IMG/VR virus record: IMGVR_UViG_3300032007_000075
Span: 7,587-71,586 of that record
From: a virus
Taxonomy: Duplodnaviria; Caudoviricetes
Reading direction: 5' to 3' (one strand)
Length of the DNA stretch: 64,000 bases
Below the pieces are notes generated by a model. It was not told the origin of the DNA. It worked only from the letters and a program-made list of their open reading frames with translations, and ran no database searches. Shown here piece after piece: positions 47,395 to 56,918 of this stretch. Within the stretch, counting starts at the first letter, position 1. Every line of letters begins with the position of its first letter. Made by a program: the position numbers and the translations under genes.

Positions 47395-48585
47395 ATGCCT
47401 TTAAAAATCGACTCAAAAATCAGGTATCGTCTGTGCTACAATTACGGCAACAGACTGAACGCTGACGGACGCTCATCGGTGGCCGTCGAAGCACGTAAGA
47501 ACGGGAAAAGGATATACTTCTCTACCCAAGTCATGCTCTATCCTAATCAATGGCATCGTGGCCGCGTCGTCAACCACGACAACTCAGACAAACTGACCGT
47601 CTGGCTGGTCCATTGGATGCACGAAATTGAGGAAATTGAACTCGATGCACTACTCCACGGTCAGCCGATGTCGCTTCTGCAGTTGAAGCAGGCAGTGAAG
47701 TCAGGCGCCAAACCATCGGCCACCATCGAAGAATTTGTCGAGGCGGTCATCGACACGAGTACGCGCAAACCCCAAACCAAGTCGTCTTATCATACCCTGG
47801 CCCGCGAAGCCGAGAAGTTTGATAAGCAAATCCGCATGGACACCATCACGCACGACTGGATCGAGCGTTGGAGGACCGATATGACCAACAGCGGACTGTC
47901 GGATAACACCATCAAAGGCCGCCTAAAACAACTCCATTGTCTCACACAGGAGGCCATCAAACGCGACATACTGGTGTCGAACCCGTTCAAATGGATTACC
48001 ATAGGCAATATGACGCCGAAACAGGAGTTTCTGACTAAGACAGAACTGCGAAAGATTGAACGAGCCAGACTGACTGGCAAGGAGGCAAAGGTGCGCGACC
48101 TGTTCCTACTCGGGGTCTATACGGGTCTCAGATGGAGCGACCTGACCACGCTCGACGAAGCCGACATCAGCGGTGGTATCATCCGCAAACGGATGTATAA
48201 GACGCAGCGCGATGTGACTATCCCGATTAAGACACTCTTCTGGGGGAAAGGTCAGGAAATCATCGACCGCTACCAACCGATCACACGACTCTGCAAATGC
48301 GTGAAGTGCAATTCGACGGGCAACCGTATCATCCAGACCATCGCCGAACGTATCGGCATCAAACAGCGCGTACACTTCCACCTGGCCCGCAAGACCTGCT
48401 CGACGATGCTCAACGCTATGGGCCTGCCAACGAACGATATCACCACCATCCTCGGACACGCCAAAATGGAAACTACTCAGAAATACTACATCTTTGGAAA
48501 AGAAGAGTCGCTCATCAAATCGTCGAAAAAACTGTTTAAACAACAAAAGGAATCGCCCGATGAAACGGGCACGGAATCTACATAG
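47395..48585 (+). CDS. Tyrosine recombinase (Bacteroidales Int type); candidate shufflon invertase
   Basis: N-terminal arm-binding domain, SAM-like core, catalytic GLRWSD (R), HLARKT (HxxR), LGHAK (H), QKYY (Y); abuts the cassette array. Confidence 0.92.
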   Translation: MPLKIDSKIRYRLCYNYGNRLNADGRSSVAVEARKNGKRIYFSTQVMLYPNQWHRGRVVNHDNSDKLTVWLVHWMHEIEEIELDALLHGQPMSLLQLKQAVKSGAKPSATIEEFVEAVIDTSTRKPQTKSSYHTLAREAEKFDKQIRMDTITHDWIERWRTDMTNSGLSDNTIKGRLKQLHCLTQEAIKRDILVSNPFKWITIGNMTPKQEFLTKTELRKIERARLTGKEAKVRDLFLLGVYTGLRWSDLTTLDEADISGGIIRKRMYKTQRDVTIPIKTLFWGKGQEIIDRYQPITRLCKCVKCNSTGNRIIQTIAERIGIKQRVHFHLARKTCSTMLNAMGLPTNDITTILGHAKMETTQKYYIFGKEESLIKSSKKLFKQQKESPDETGTEST

Positions 48586-48645
48586 TCTTAACTACGCCCA
48601 TAATACACTTTTAACTAAGAGTGTCTTATAGTCTTAGTACAAACT

Positions 48646-48791
48646 GTGAACTACCCCGCAGCTAAAGACTGCGTGGCTTCGGGTCATGATGGACCTTCGC
48701 TTTTCCTGCTTCTGCGCAACGCTGCTTCTTAGGATGCACAGGGCAGCGGTCGTCCACAGGAGGTTGCTTCGCAGGCTTGACTTTCTGGGCG
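48646..48791 (-). mobile_element. IS200/IS605 tnpB 3' end/right-end (omegaRNA-like) remnant
   Basis: Minus strand encodes KVKPAKQPPVDDR...AEAGK and ends GAAGCCACGCAGTCTTTAGCTGCGGGGTAGTTCAC, a typical tnpB right-end pattern; no RuvC motifs upstream. Confidence 0.65.
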
Positions 48792-49057
48792 GGGTGATTT
48801 TGGAAGATAAAGGAACACTTGTAGATGGTAGGACCTTTACAATAGCCAAAAGAAGCGGACAAGGTACAGCTGGAGCTTACGTTATAAGAGCATCTTATGA
48901 TACGTGTTGCATCGTGTTTTGCCAAGAAAGTGAATGTGAAAAGATAGGTATTCATAACCCGTCTAGGTTTGATTTTGGCTCATCAGGAGGAGATTTGATT
49001 ATTACAGAAAAGGCAACTACTCCTGGGGTACGTTTATTTGTAGGAGCAATCTATTAA
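48785..49057 (+). other. Silent tip cassette 1 (LGGVILEDKGTLVDG...)
   Basis: Starts at CTGGGCG 48785, open to stop. Confidence 0.85.
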
Positions 49058-49065
49058 ATTACCTT

Positions 49066-49281
49066 CTGGGCGTTGGTAAATACTATGGAATAGAATCATC
49101 GGAGTATAATAGAGAGCATGATACATGGTATGCTGCCCAGGTGCCAAACTACCCTGCGCCATATATGAAAGTGTTCAATTTAACAGGAGGGGATGGGTGC
49201 AAAATTGCAATAGATACAAATGGTAATTTTTATTCAAAGTTTGACGCTTCTTCTGCTTGGGTAAAAATAGCAAAAACATAA
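49066..49281 (+). other. Silent tip cassette 2 (LGVGKYYGIESSEY...WVKIAKT)
   Basis: Hand-translated; ends at terminator 49284-49310. Confidence 0.9.
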
Positions 49282-49308
49282 TAAAAAGGTGGGAATCAAC
49301 CCCACCTT

Positions 49309-49593
49309 TTATGAATAAATTGTATGCCATACAGTCCATGTACCACCATAACATAATCTCTCATAATTCCGACCATATCCTGAAAGCAATGTTTGTTTCA
49401 CCATCAACAAAGTTCCATCAGTTGGCATCTTATAGATTGTATTATCAACGATTATGGCACCTGTTGAAGTACCGCTCGGCAAATTTGTAATTGTTGTCCA
49501 TTGTAAGTTTGCAAAATACCTCTTTTCTTCTTTTAAATTATCCAGATCTGTATTGTTGTCCAACTGAGTCATCTTTTGATCTGATACGCCCAG
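49309..49593 (-). other. Silent tip cassette 3 (LGVSDQKMTQLD...WTVWHTIYS)
   Basis: Core 49587-49593; knob-like W..W end. Confidence 0.9.
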
Positions 49594-49614
49594 AGAATAA
49601 GATGGCATAATCTT

Positions 49615-49791
49615 CTGGGCGATCAATTAAGTTTGCCGGATGTATATCTTTCATCAGGATGGTTATATATAAGGGCAAAAGATAGCGGCAATGATGGTTT
49701 TAGTTTTGCTTACAATTCGACAACAAATAGATTGCTATTGCAAGACAACAAAACATCAGCTATGTGGGAAATTCAAAAGACGGCCGTATAA
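49615..49791 (+). other. Silent tip cassette 4 (LGDQLSLPDVY...WEIQKTAV)
   Basis: Hand-translated. Confidence 0.85.
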
Positions 49792-49818
49792 GCCGTCTTT
49801 TTATGTCAGCGATACTTT

Positions 49819-50001
49819 CTGGGCGTTGGAGGAATGTCAAGTGCGACATATTCAATAAATGACGAGAATTGCATAGGTGTTCAATTCTATACTTCAGATG
49901 GTGGATGGGCAGACTTAGCAATTTCTTTTAATACTGGATATTTATATTATAGAGATTATGTACATTTCAACTGGAAGCGTGTAGAAGGAGTTGGAATATA
50001 A
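49819..50001 (+). other. Silent tip cassette 5 (LGVGGMSSATY...WKRVEGVGI)
   Basis: Hand-translated. Confidence 0.85.
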
Positions 50002-50013
50002 AGGTTGGTTCTT

Positions 50014-50244
50014 CTGGGCGTTGTCAAGGAAATCCAAAATCCTTCAAATATTTATGATGGATACTCTACCCCTGGTACTTATTGGCTTAGCGGTGATTAT
50101 ATAGAGGTCTTTAGAAACTCGGACACATTAAGAGTTATTCAAAGAGTAACACAAACATCTTCTGCTGGAGGAACCGGAGCATGTTGGTTTAGAGTACTTG
50201 TTGGTAACACATGGTCAAAACCAAGGCTACTCACTCTAACATAA
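50014..50244 (+). other. Silent tip cassette 6 (LGVVKEIQNPS...WSKPRLLTLT)
   Basis: Track ORF 50005-50244. Confidence 0.9.
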
Positions 50245-50297
50245 CAATTAAAGGAGGATTTTGGTCCTCCTTTTTAATCAACTTATTATACTAATAC

Positions 50298-50552
50298 TTA
50301 TTTTTGAAACCACCCATACCAAGTTCCATTATGATTTATCCTAAAACCGCTTTCTCCAGTAAGTGATAATGCTCTTTGAATTAATTCAGTGCCGTTTTCT
50401 ATCACCAATATACTAGCTGTTGAAGTAGAAGGAATAAATGATGGCATATTTGAAGGATGCATTTGTGAATATGCAGTATAAGAACCAGCGGTTAATATAT
50501 TATTCAAATTATCGTTTGGGGCGAGATCTCTTACATGCCTTAATCCGCCCAG
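50298..50552 (-). other. Silent tip cassette 7 (LGGLRHVRDLAPNDNLN...WYGWFQK)
   Basis: Knob-like N.L...G.Y and W..W motifs. Confidence 0.9.
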
Positions 50553-50575
50553 AAGATTAATCCGCATGTTATTCT

Positions 50576-50794
50576 CTGGGCGGATGGAATTATTTGGGAC
50601 GCCAATATATAACAGCTCTGTCTCAGATATCCAGTTCGATTGTTGCCGAAGCCAATAGTTCTTCAATAGAAGGACAGCCTGTAGCTTGGGCTTCTTATGT
50701 TCGAGTTCCAAATACATTGTTAGACATAGCTTTTAGAGAAGATACTGGTGCAATATATATGAGGGTTAATGGGAGAGCATGGAAAGAAATATAA
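50576..50794 (+). other. Silent tip cassette 8 (LGGWNYLGRQY...AWKEI)
   Basis: In frame with track ORF 50594-50794. Confidence 0.9.
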
Positions 50795-50820
50795 GAAGGT
50801 GGAGCGTAGTACTCCACCTT

Positions 50821-51039
50821 TTATAATGTCTTTATGACAGACCATTTCCCTGTACCGGTGGTTCGTTGTTCGATTGCCAAATCACCACCCCAAGAGAATC
50901 TAAGCCTATACCCATTTCCATTAACATTATACAGTGTCAAATATAGTGTACCTCCGTCTGGGGATAGGAACAAACCATTCCCTAACGTGTCTTCTCCGCT
51001 ACTCAGTTTCTTGACCTTTACTGTACCAGCTGCGCCCAG
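50821..51039 (-). other. Silent tip cassette 9 (LGAAGTVKVKK...KWSVIKTL)
   Basis: Hand-translated, 72 aa. Confidence 0.9.
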
Positions 51040-51060
51040 AAGATTATGCCATCTTATTCT

Positions 51061-51369
51061 CTGGGCGGAGTTTCCTCCAGATTACTAAAAGGAATAAGCG
51101 GGAATATAACTACAACTTCGGTGCTTGGATCAGATAGAAGATTTGTTACATTCAATCTTTTAAAAAACAAAAATGGCATTATTATCCTAAAGATTGATAA
51201 TGGATTTTCTGTGTATTCATTTACAGCAGACAATGGCGCTTCTCCCCTGTTTGGTGAAGGAGACACATCCAAAGCAAGTATAGGATATTATGCTGGAAAC
51301 TGGATTGCGGTAGTGTATGGAACTACGGACAAAACTATAGAATACAAATTAATGTACTATGACGAATAA
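51061..51369 (+). other. Silent tip cassette 10 (LGGVSSRLLKG...LMYYDE)
   Basis: Track ORF 51046-51369. Confidence 0.9.
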
Positions 51370-51419
51370 AAAGGTGGAGCATTTAACTCCACCTCTTTTA
51401 TGTCAACTATATAGCTTTC

Positions 51420-51602
51420 CTGGGCGTAATAGTAGAACAAAAAATTAACGATTCAGATATGCCCACACCTTATGGTGTATTAACCACGTTAAAAGGCACG
51501 ACCTATTGTAATCAACTATTTGGAAATGCCTCAGACTCTCGTTTTTTTATAAGAAATTCGTTAAATGGAGGAAGTAGTTATAGTAATTGGAGAGAAATAT
51601 AA
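51420..51602 (+). other. Silent tip cassette 11 (LGVIVEQKIND...SNWREI)
   Basis: Hand-translated; core preceded by TTC. Confidence 0.85.
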
Positions 51603-51629
51603 ATAGAGGTGGGTTAAAGCCCACCTCCT

Positions 51630-51860
51630 TTATTTGTCAACCCATGAACCGTTTACAAGTGTTCCAAGTTTTCCATTCGCTGCTATTTTTAATCTGGCCC
51701 CTCTGCCTACAATGAGAAGGCCGTCTGCTTGAAATGCTGAGCCATTGTTAGTAGTGCCTGAAACCAAATATATACCCATCTCTGTGACTGTGGTCTGATC
51801 ATTTATATTAGAAGAGTTCATACCACCTTTTATGACGAAGAATGGAGAAAGAGCGCCCAG
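51630..51860 (-). other. Silent tip cassette 12 (LGALSPFFVIK...SWVDK)
   Basis: Track ORF 51630-51890; degenerate flank. Confidence 0.85.
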
Positions 51861-51929
51861 GTGTGTGGCGAGCATTGAAAAGTGCTTCATATATTAATAA
51901 AGAGAGGTGATCAACCACCTCTTTATTTA

Positions 51930-52097
51930 TCAAGTCCTCTTTGTCACACTAATATCATAAATACCTCCAGGCGTTTGAAAAAAGAACCCGTTACCGTTAT
52001 CATATCCAACATAAAAGGTTTTTACTCCAAAGTCATTAGTATGGATGTATGAGAAACTACCACTTGCACTTGTTTTCGCACAATTGTTAACGCCCAG
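51930..52097 (-). other. Silent tip cassette 13 (LGVNNCAKTSA...VTKRT)
   Basis: Hand-translated, 55 aa. Confidence 0.85.
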
Positions 52098-52119
52098 AGA
52101 ATACATGTGAATTAATCTT

Positions 52120-52293
52120 CTGGGCGATCCTTTGAAGATTTATGTTCATTCCACAATGCACTCAGGCAAGAGTTTCTGGGTAATTACATTGGGTGATTCC
52201 ATGAGACGGTCACTTGCTATAAGTATAAGTGATCAGGATGTTTATCATGTCAATGGTGGAGGTAGTGATGCAGATACATGGACAAAACTATAA
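52120..52293 (+). other. Silent tip cassette 14 (LGDPLKIYVHS...TWTKL)
   Basis: Hand-translated. Confidence 0.85.
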
Positions 52294-52323
52294 AGATATA
52301 GGTGGAGCTTAGTACTCCACCTT

Positions 52324-52542
52324 TTAAAGTTCTTTCCATGCAGTCCATGAATTGTCATTGCTACGCCTATACCTGATTCCACCTGAGTAACCAAACAGTT
52401 GAATTATGAATGCCGTTGAATTGAAAGTGACCAATACTCCATATTTTTCTTCAGATGATAACAGAAGAGTATAAATGCCACTTTGCTTTAAAGCCTCTGC
52501 ATTAGGATTATCATATTGACCTCTATACCTAAAAACGCCCAG
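52324..52542 (-). other. Silent tip cassette 15 (LGVFRYRGQYD...WTAWKEL)
   Basis: Hand-translated; knob-like. Confidence 0.9.
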
Positions 52543-52587
52543 TAGCTGTGTAGAAAGTAAAAAGGTGGAGTGCTAAGCTCCACCTCT

Positions 52588-52860
52588 TTAAATCTCTTTC
52601 CATGCTGACCAACCTTCTGTACCTGATACTGTAGAATATCGCCTAATATAAGTTTTTCCATCATATCCACTTGTGATTGTTTGTTTTGTAATATAGTTAC
52701 CTGATAGATAATAAGATTCAACATCAAGTAAAAATGGATATGCACTTGCACCCCACGGTGTGTTTGTATAAGATCCATACCCACAATATCTTGCTTCTTT
52801 TAGCGGTACATCATTCAAATCTGCTATTCCTCCAAAATTTTTTCTCCAAGATTCGCCCAG
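52588..52860 (-). other. Silent tip cassette 16 (LGESWRKNFGGIADLN...WSAWKEI)
   Basis: Track ORF 52588-52869; knob-like. Confidence 0.9.
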
Positions 52861-52882
52861 AGAATACATGTGAATTAATCTT

Positions 52883-53188
52883 CTGGGCGGAAAGGATCAT
52901 CCTATAGTAACATTTTACGACGTAAACTTGGGGGATGGCTATTCAAGTAATGATGTACTTAAAAAAATAGCTACTGAATATCCAAACATAAACCCAAACC
53001 TACAAAGAGTTTTTATTGGAAGATTTGTGTTAGGTACGTCAGGGTTTTATATTCTGCATAGTTATGGTGGAACACCGGTTAATGACTATTATTCATATTG
53101 CACAGGAATAATGATTGGTCTTAACGTAAGATATATTTTTGGAACAACCGGTGGAACACCCTATAGAAATACAATAAATGTAACATAA
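52883..53188 (+). other. Silent tip cassette 17 (LGGKDHPIVTF...RNTINVT)
   Basis: In frame with track ORF 52928-53188. Confidence 0.9.
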
Positions 53189-53216
53189 TAAAAGGAGGGT
53201 CACCCCTCCTTTATAT

Positions 53217-53459
53217 TTATTCTGGTCCAGCTATAGTCACCCATGCTTGAGGCGTATGTCTAACTTCTCTTACTCGGATAATTCCACCCCAGAGGAACGA
53301 AAAATTCCATCCATAACCATTTGGGTTATATAGAATCACATAGAACGTTCCACCATCATTTGAAAGATATAAGCCCGGATTTTGAAAAACAGACTGAGAA
53401 TCTTCTGTTTCTTCTGAAGTCATTTTTCTGAATTTAATTGTTGGGTGGTTTGCGCCCAG
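53217..53459 (-). other. Silent tip cassette 18 (LGANHPTIKFR...WVTIAGPE)
   Basis: Track ORF 53217-53519. Confidence 0.9.
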
Positions 53460-53481
53460 AGAATACATGTGAATTAATCTT

Positions 53482-53766
53482 CTGGGCGAAACAACAACAA
53501 CTGCTTTCAACTTTGACAATCCTCCTCTAGGCTTTCATTGTATTAGTATAGCTCAACCAAATCTTGGTTTGTATGGTACAGCTCCATCTAATTTGGTTAC
53601 TGGTGGTTGGAAAGCAGCTTGTTTAATTATTAGCTCTAAGCAGTACGATAATTCTAATACAACAGGGATTCAGATAATATATAACTACAATTCATCTACC
53701 TTGAAGAAATTCCATAGAATGTATAATCCAGATAATAGTTCATGGGGATCGTGGACTGAAGAGTAA
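53482..53766 (+). other. Silent tip cassette 19 (LGETTTTAFNFD...WGSWTEE)
   Basis: In frame with track ORF 53569-53766. Confidence 0.9.
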
Positions 53767-53829
53767 AAAACAAGGATGATTTAAAATAAAATAAGGTGGG
53801 AGGCGATCAAAAGACTACCTCCCATTTAT

Positions 53830-54147
53830 TTATTTGCTCAAAATGAAAATTCCTCTTGCATTTGAGATTGAGCTGTTGAATACAATATTTCCTTCGCTTG
53901 AGACACTAAAAGAGGTGGATGCAGTAGCGTTGCCACCTTGACTCTTAACAATATTAACCACTGTAATATGATTACCACTATAGCCACATCTTATCATGTC
54001 TATTTGAGAGTAAGTAGCATCTTCAGAGCTTTGGTTTGCTGACGTTAAAGCTAATATCGTTCTACCACTTTGCCAGCCGTTTGCACTAATACCAGTATCT
54101 CCAACTATTATAGATATCACTCTTCCTGAAATAGCCCCAACGCCCAG
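53830..54147 (-). other. Silent tip cassette 20 (LGVGAISGRVI...IFILSK)
   Basis: Track ORF 53830-54162. Confidence 0.9.
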
Positions 54148-54168
54148 AGAATAAGATGGCATAATCTT

Positions 54169-54444
54169 CTGGGCGCATTGGTTCTAACAAGCCAAACAAA
54201 TTTGGATACCATGCCAGAATTTTCGGTTTGTATAGCAAAGCAACCGTCTCTATCAGGAACTTTTCCAAGTAATCTCCCAAGTGGAGGTAATAATGTTAGA
54301 GTTGTTGTAGTAACATACTGCAATTCTGGAAATGGCTTTCAAGAGTATATTGCTACACATGAAAATGGAGTAACGAAATGGCACAGGTCAAAGTACAACA
54401 GTGCATGGAAAAGCTGGACTCTTGAATACAAAACTCAAAACTGA
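54169..54444 (+). other. Silent tip cassette 21 (LGALVLTSQTNLD...WKSWTLEYKTQN)
   Basis: In frame with track ORF 54178-54444; knob-like. Confidence 0.9.
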
Positions 54445-54482
54445 AAAAGTTAATAAATAAAGGTGGGCTAATAACCCACCTT

Positions 54483-54734
54483 TTATATTTGATTCCACGT
54501 TGTTGCCCAAACACTATTATTTTTCCCTCGCCAATAGAGTTTTTCTTCACTATGAACATAACCAAACTGCCATGCCCAAGGTAAGTTAGATGAATTAGGA
54601 CTTCCTATAGTTAATACCCATCCAGCGCTGGGTGATGGGGCGTTTGTGGAATTAGCGTTATAATAGCAGACCTTATTCAATAATCCATCATTACAGTTGC
54701 TTATCGTGCCTCCATGCCACAGGTCTACGCCCAG
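54483..54734 (-). other. Silent tip cassette 22 (LGVDLWHGGTISNCN...WATTWNQI)
   Basis: In frame with track ORF 54483-54680; knob-like. Confidence 0.9.
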
Positions 54735-54754
54735 AGAATATATGGCACAATCTT

Positions 54755-55024
54755 CTGGGCGTATGGAAGTGGTGTGGATCAGTTAGAGATGCAAAATATA
54801 ATAGTGACATGAACAACTTGACAACTCCTGGATACTATTATTATGATTCCGTTCAAAATATTAGTCACGCTCCATCTCACAGTGTAACACATGCAGGAGT
54901 CGTATTAGTATTCAGAATGGTTGGTTATACTAATAGTGTCATCCAGCTTGCTATTACAATAGAAGGCACAATAGAAATTTCAGGTCGTTATGAAGTCACA
55001 GGAACATGGAATAAGTTAGCGTAA
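54755..55024 (+). other. Silent tip cassette 23 (LGVWKWCGSV...DMNNLTTPGYY...WNKLA)
   Basis: In frame with track ORF 54809-55024; knob-like. Confidence 0.9.
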
Positions 55025-55045
55025 AAGGTGGGCTAATACCCACCT

Positions 55046-55243
55046 TTATACTTGTTTCCATGTCATTGTTTCAATAGAAGCACCATATCCAACTGCTCTA
55101 TATCCATCATTAGCTCCGGCTATACCTACAAATCTATTTGAAACATCAAAAGGGCTAAATATTATTGCTGCTCCGTAGCTATGACCTGCAAAAGGAGTGG
55201 GAATACCTTCTGTACTCCATGTCAACGTTTGTTTTACGCCCAG
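55046..55243 (-). other. Silent tip cassette 24 (LGVKQTLTWST...TWKQV)
   Basis: Hand-translated, 65 aa. Confidence 0.85.
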
Positions 55244-55256
55244 AACTCTGAATCTA

Positions 55257-55469
55257 TTATGGCGCTATTTGAGTAGTTGTATTTGTTATTGCATTATGCC
55301 AATGCATTGAACCATCATAATGTGCTTCAAGATTTCCAACTTCTCCAGAATTATTTTCAAAAACAATACACGCACTATTTGATGCAGTGCTTCTATGTAT
55401 TGTTAATGTTTGATAATCAGAACTTCTTAGTTTCCAATTATTATCAAAACTTGAGGCAGCAACGCCCAG
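55257..55469 (-). other. Silent tip cassette 25 (LGVAASSFDNN...TQIAP)
   Basis: Hand-translated, 70 aa. Confidence 0.85.
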
Positions 55470-55491
55470 GGAATATGTGGTATGTTATTCT

Positions 55492-55716
55492 CTGGGCGGA
55501 GAGCATGTATTTGTAGAAAGTAGATTTAATAGAGACAACTCAATTCCTGATATGCCATCTGGTTATGGATACTTATTAGAGTGCGCTCCAATAGGTACGG
55601 GGCCTAAACTATGGGCATATTTTTCTTTAAATAATCCTGGAGACAAGTGGGAGCACCTATATACAAGATATATTGATTCAGGTGGCACGCCTATGAGTTG
55701 GACTATGCTTGTATAG
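55492..55716 (+). other. Silent tip cassette 26 (LGGEHVFVESR...SWTMLV)
   Basis: Track ORF 55477-55716. Confidence 0.9.
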
Positions 55717-55742
55717 ATATAAAGGTGGGTTTAGCCCACCTT

Positions 55743-56009
55743 TTAAACTTTAAACCACGATGACCATGTGCTGTTCTTTGATCTTACAAACACCTCTGTC
55801 TTCCCTCCTGTTGCCTCTGAGCAAAATATAACCTGAACACCTCTTGATGTACTTGAAACAAAAGTCAACAACAGAAAAATCGTACTCCAATCACCTGCAG
55901 AAAGTGTTGGTACGTTTCCTGAAAGATTTGGGAATTGACCTGTCACAAATCCGTTTCCAAAGCTGTCGATACTTGTGGATGTCGATATATATTGTAAGCC
56001 TACGCCCAG
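55743..56009 (-). other. Silent tip cassette 27 (LGVGLQYISTS...WSSWFKV)
   Basis: Track ORF 55743-56093; knob-like. Confidence 0.9.
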
Positions 56010-56028
56010 AAGATTAGTTTCGCATTCT

Positions 56029-56289
56029 CTGGGCGCATTTAGATTCATTGATACTACTACAGAGACAATTAGTATAGACGATATAACTAGCATTGGAATT
56101 TATGGAAACATTGGCGGAAATATATCAAACGCCCCTGCTGGAAGTAGTTATGGAAGTCTTTTGGTTTTCGACGCAAAGTATCTACCCTTTCAGTTCTATG
56201 TAGATGTTTATCAAAATAAAACGGATTTGTATTTTAGAACAAAAGTTGGTGCTCCACCATCGTGGTCTACTTGGGTAAAACTAAACTAA
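56029..56289 (+). other. Silent tip cassette 28 (LGAFRFIDTTT...WSTWVKLN)
   Basis: Track ORF 55975-56289; knob-like. Confidence 0.9.
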
Positions 56290-56317
56290 AAAGGAGGGGT
56301 GACCCTCCTTTTTATTA

Positions 56318-56599
56318 TTATGAAAGTGCTTTCCAAGCTAGCCAGTTAACTCCATTGCTAACAGAAACCCTTGAATAAATTTTTGTACCAGTCACTCCAC
56401 TTGGCATTAACCATTGGACTAAAAATGTTCCTGCTCTAAGTACAACTACTAATGAGCCTGCATTATTATAATCTATATCTGAAGGTTTATTGGCGATCAT
56501 TAAAGTATTCCAGCAGTCATACATGCCAGGTTCAATCATGGTATTATAGTCGTTGCCACTTGCTTCGTGCTTCAAATATAGATTACCAACTCCGCCCAG
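56318..56599 (-). other. Silent tip cassette 29 (LGGVGNLYLKH...DYNTMIEPGMY...WLAWKALS)
   Basis: Track ORF 56318-56743; strongly knob-like. Confidence 0.9.
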
Positions 56600-56621
56600 A
56601 GAATAACATACCACATATTCC

Positions 56622-56885
56622 CTGGGCGTGAGTATTGTTTCTATTTCAAACTTAAATACTGACTTTGATGGTTTGATGATTGGTATGGGGCTTGACGGAT
56701 CTGGAGAGGCAACAAATGGTTGCGGAGTACCAGGAACATACATTCATTTCAGAGCTGGCAAAAACAACTGGGATAAAACTGTTCAAGTACAGATTTTCTT
56801 TGGTAACAAGAATACGGCAGCCACCGTGAAGAAATTCAGAACACAATGGACTTCTGCGGGATGGAGTTCGTGGGCTGACTTGTAA
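56622..56885 (+). other. Silent tip cassette 30 (LGVSIVSISNLN...WSSWADL)
   Basis: In frame with track ORF 56628-56885; knob-like. Confidence 0.9.
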
Positions 56886-56918
56886 TTATAAAAGGTGGAG
56901 TACTAAGCTCCACCTTCT

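Noticed and set aside
49309-56743. Track ORF starts upstream of the cores (MPSYSLG, MYSLG, MVCYSLG and similar)
   Set aside because: These ATG/GTG codons lie in the shared linkers or in antisense neighbours. They are probably incidental, although low-level independent translation cannot be fully excluded.
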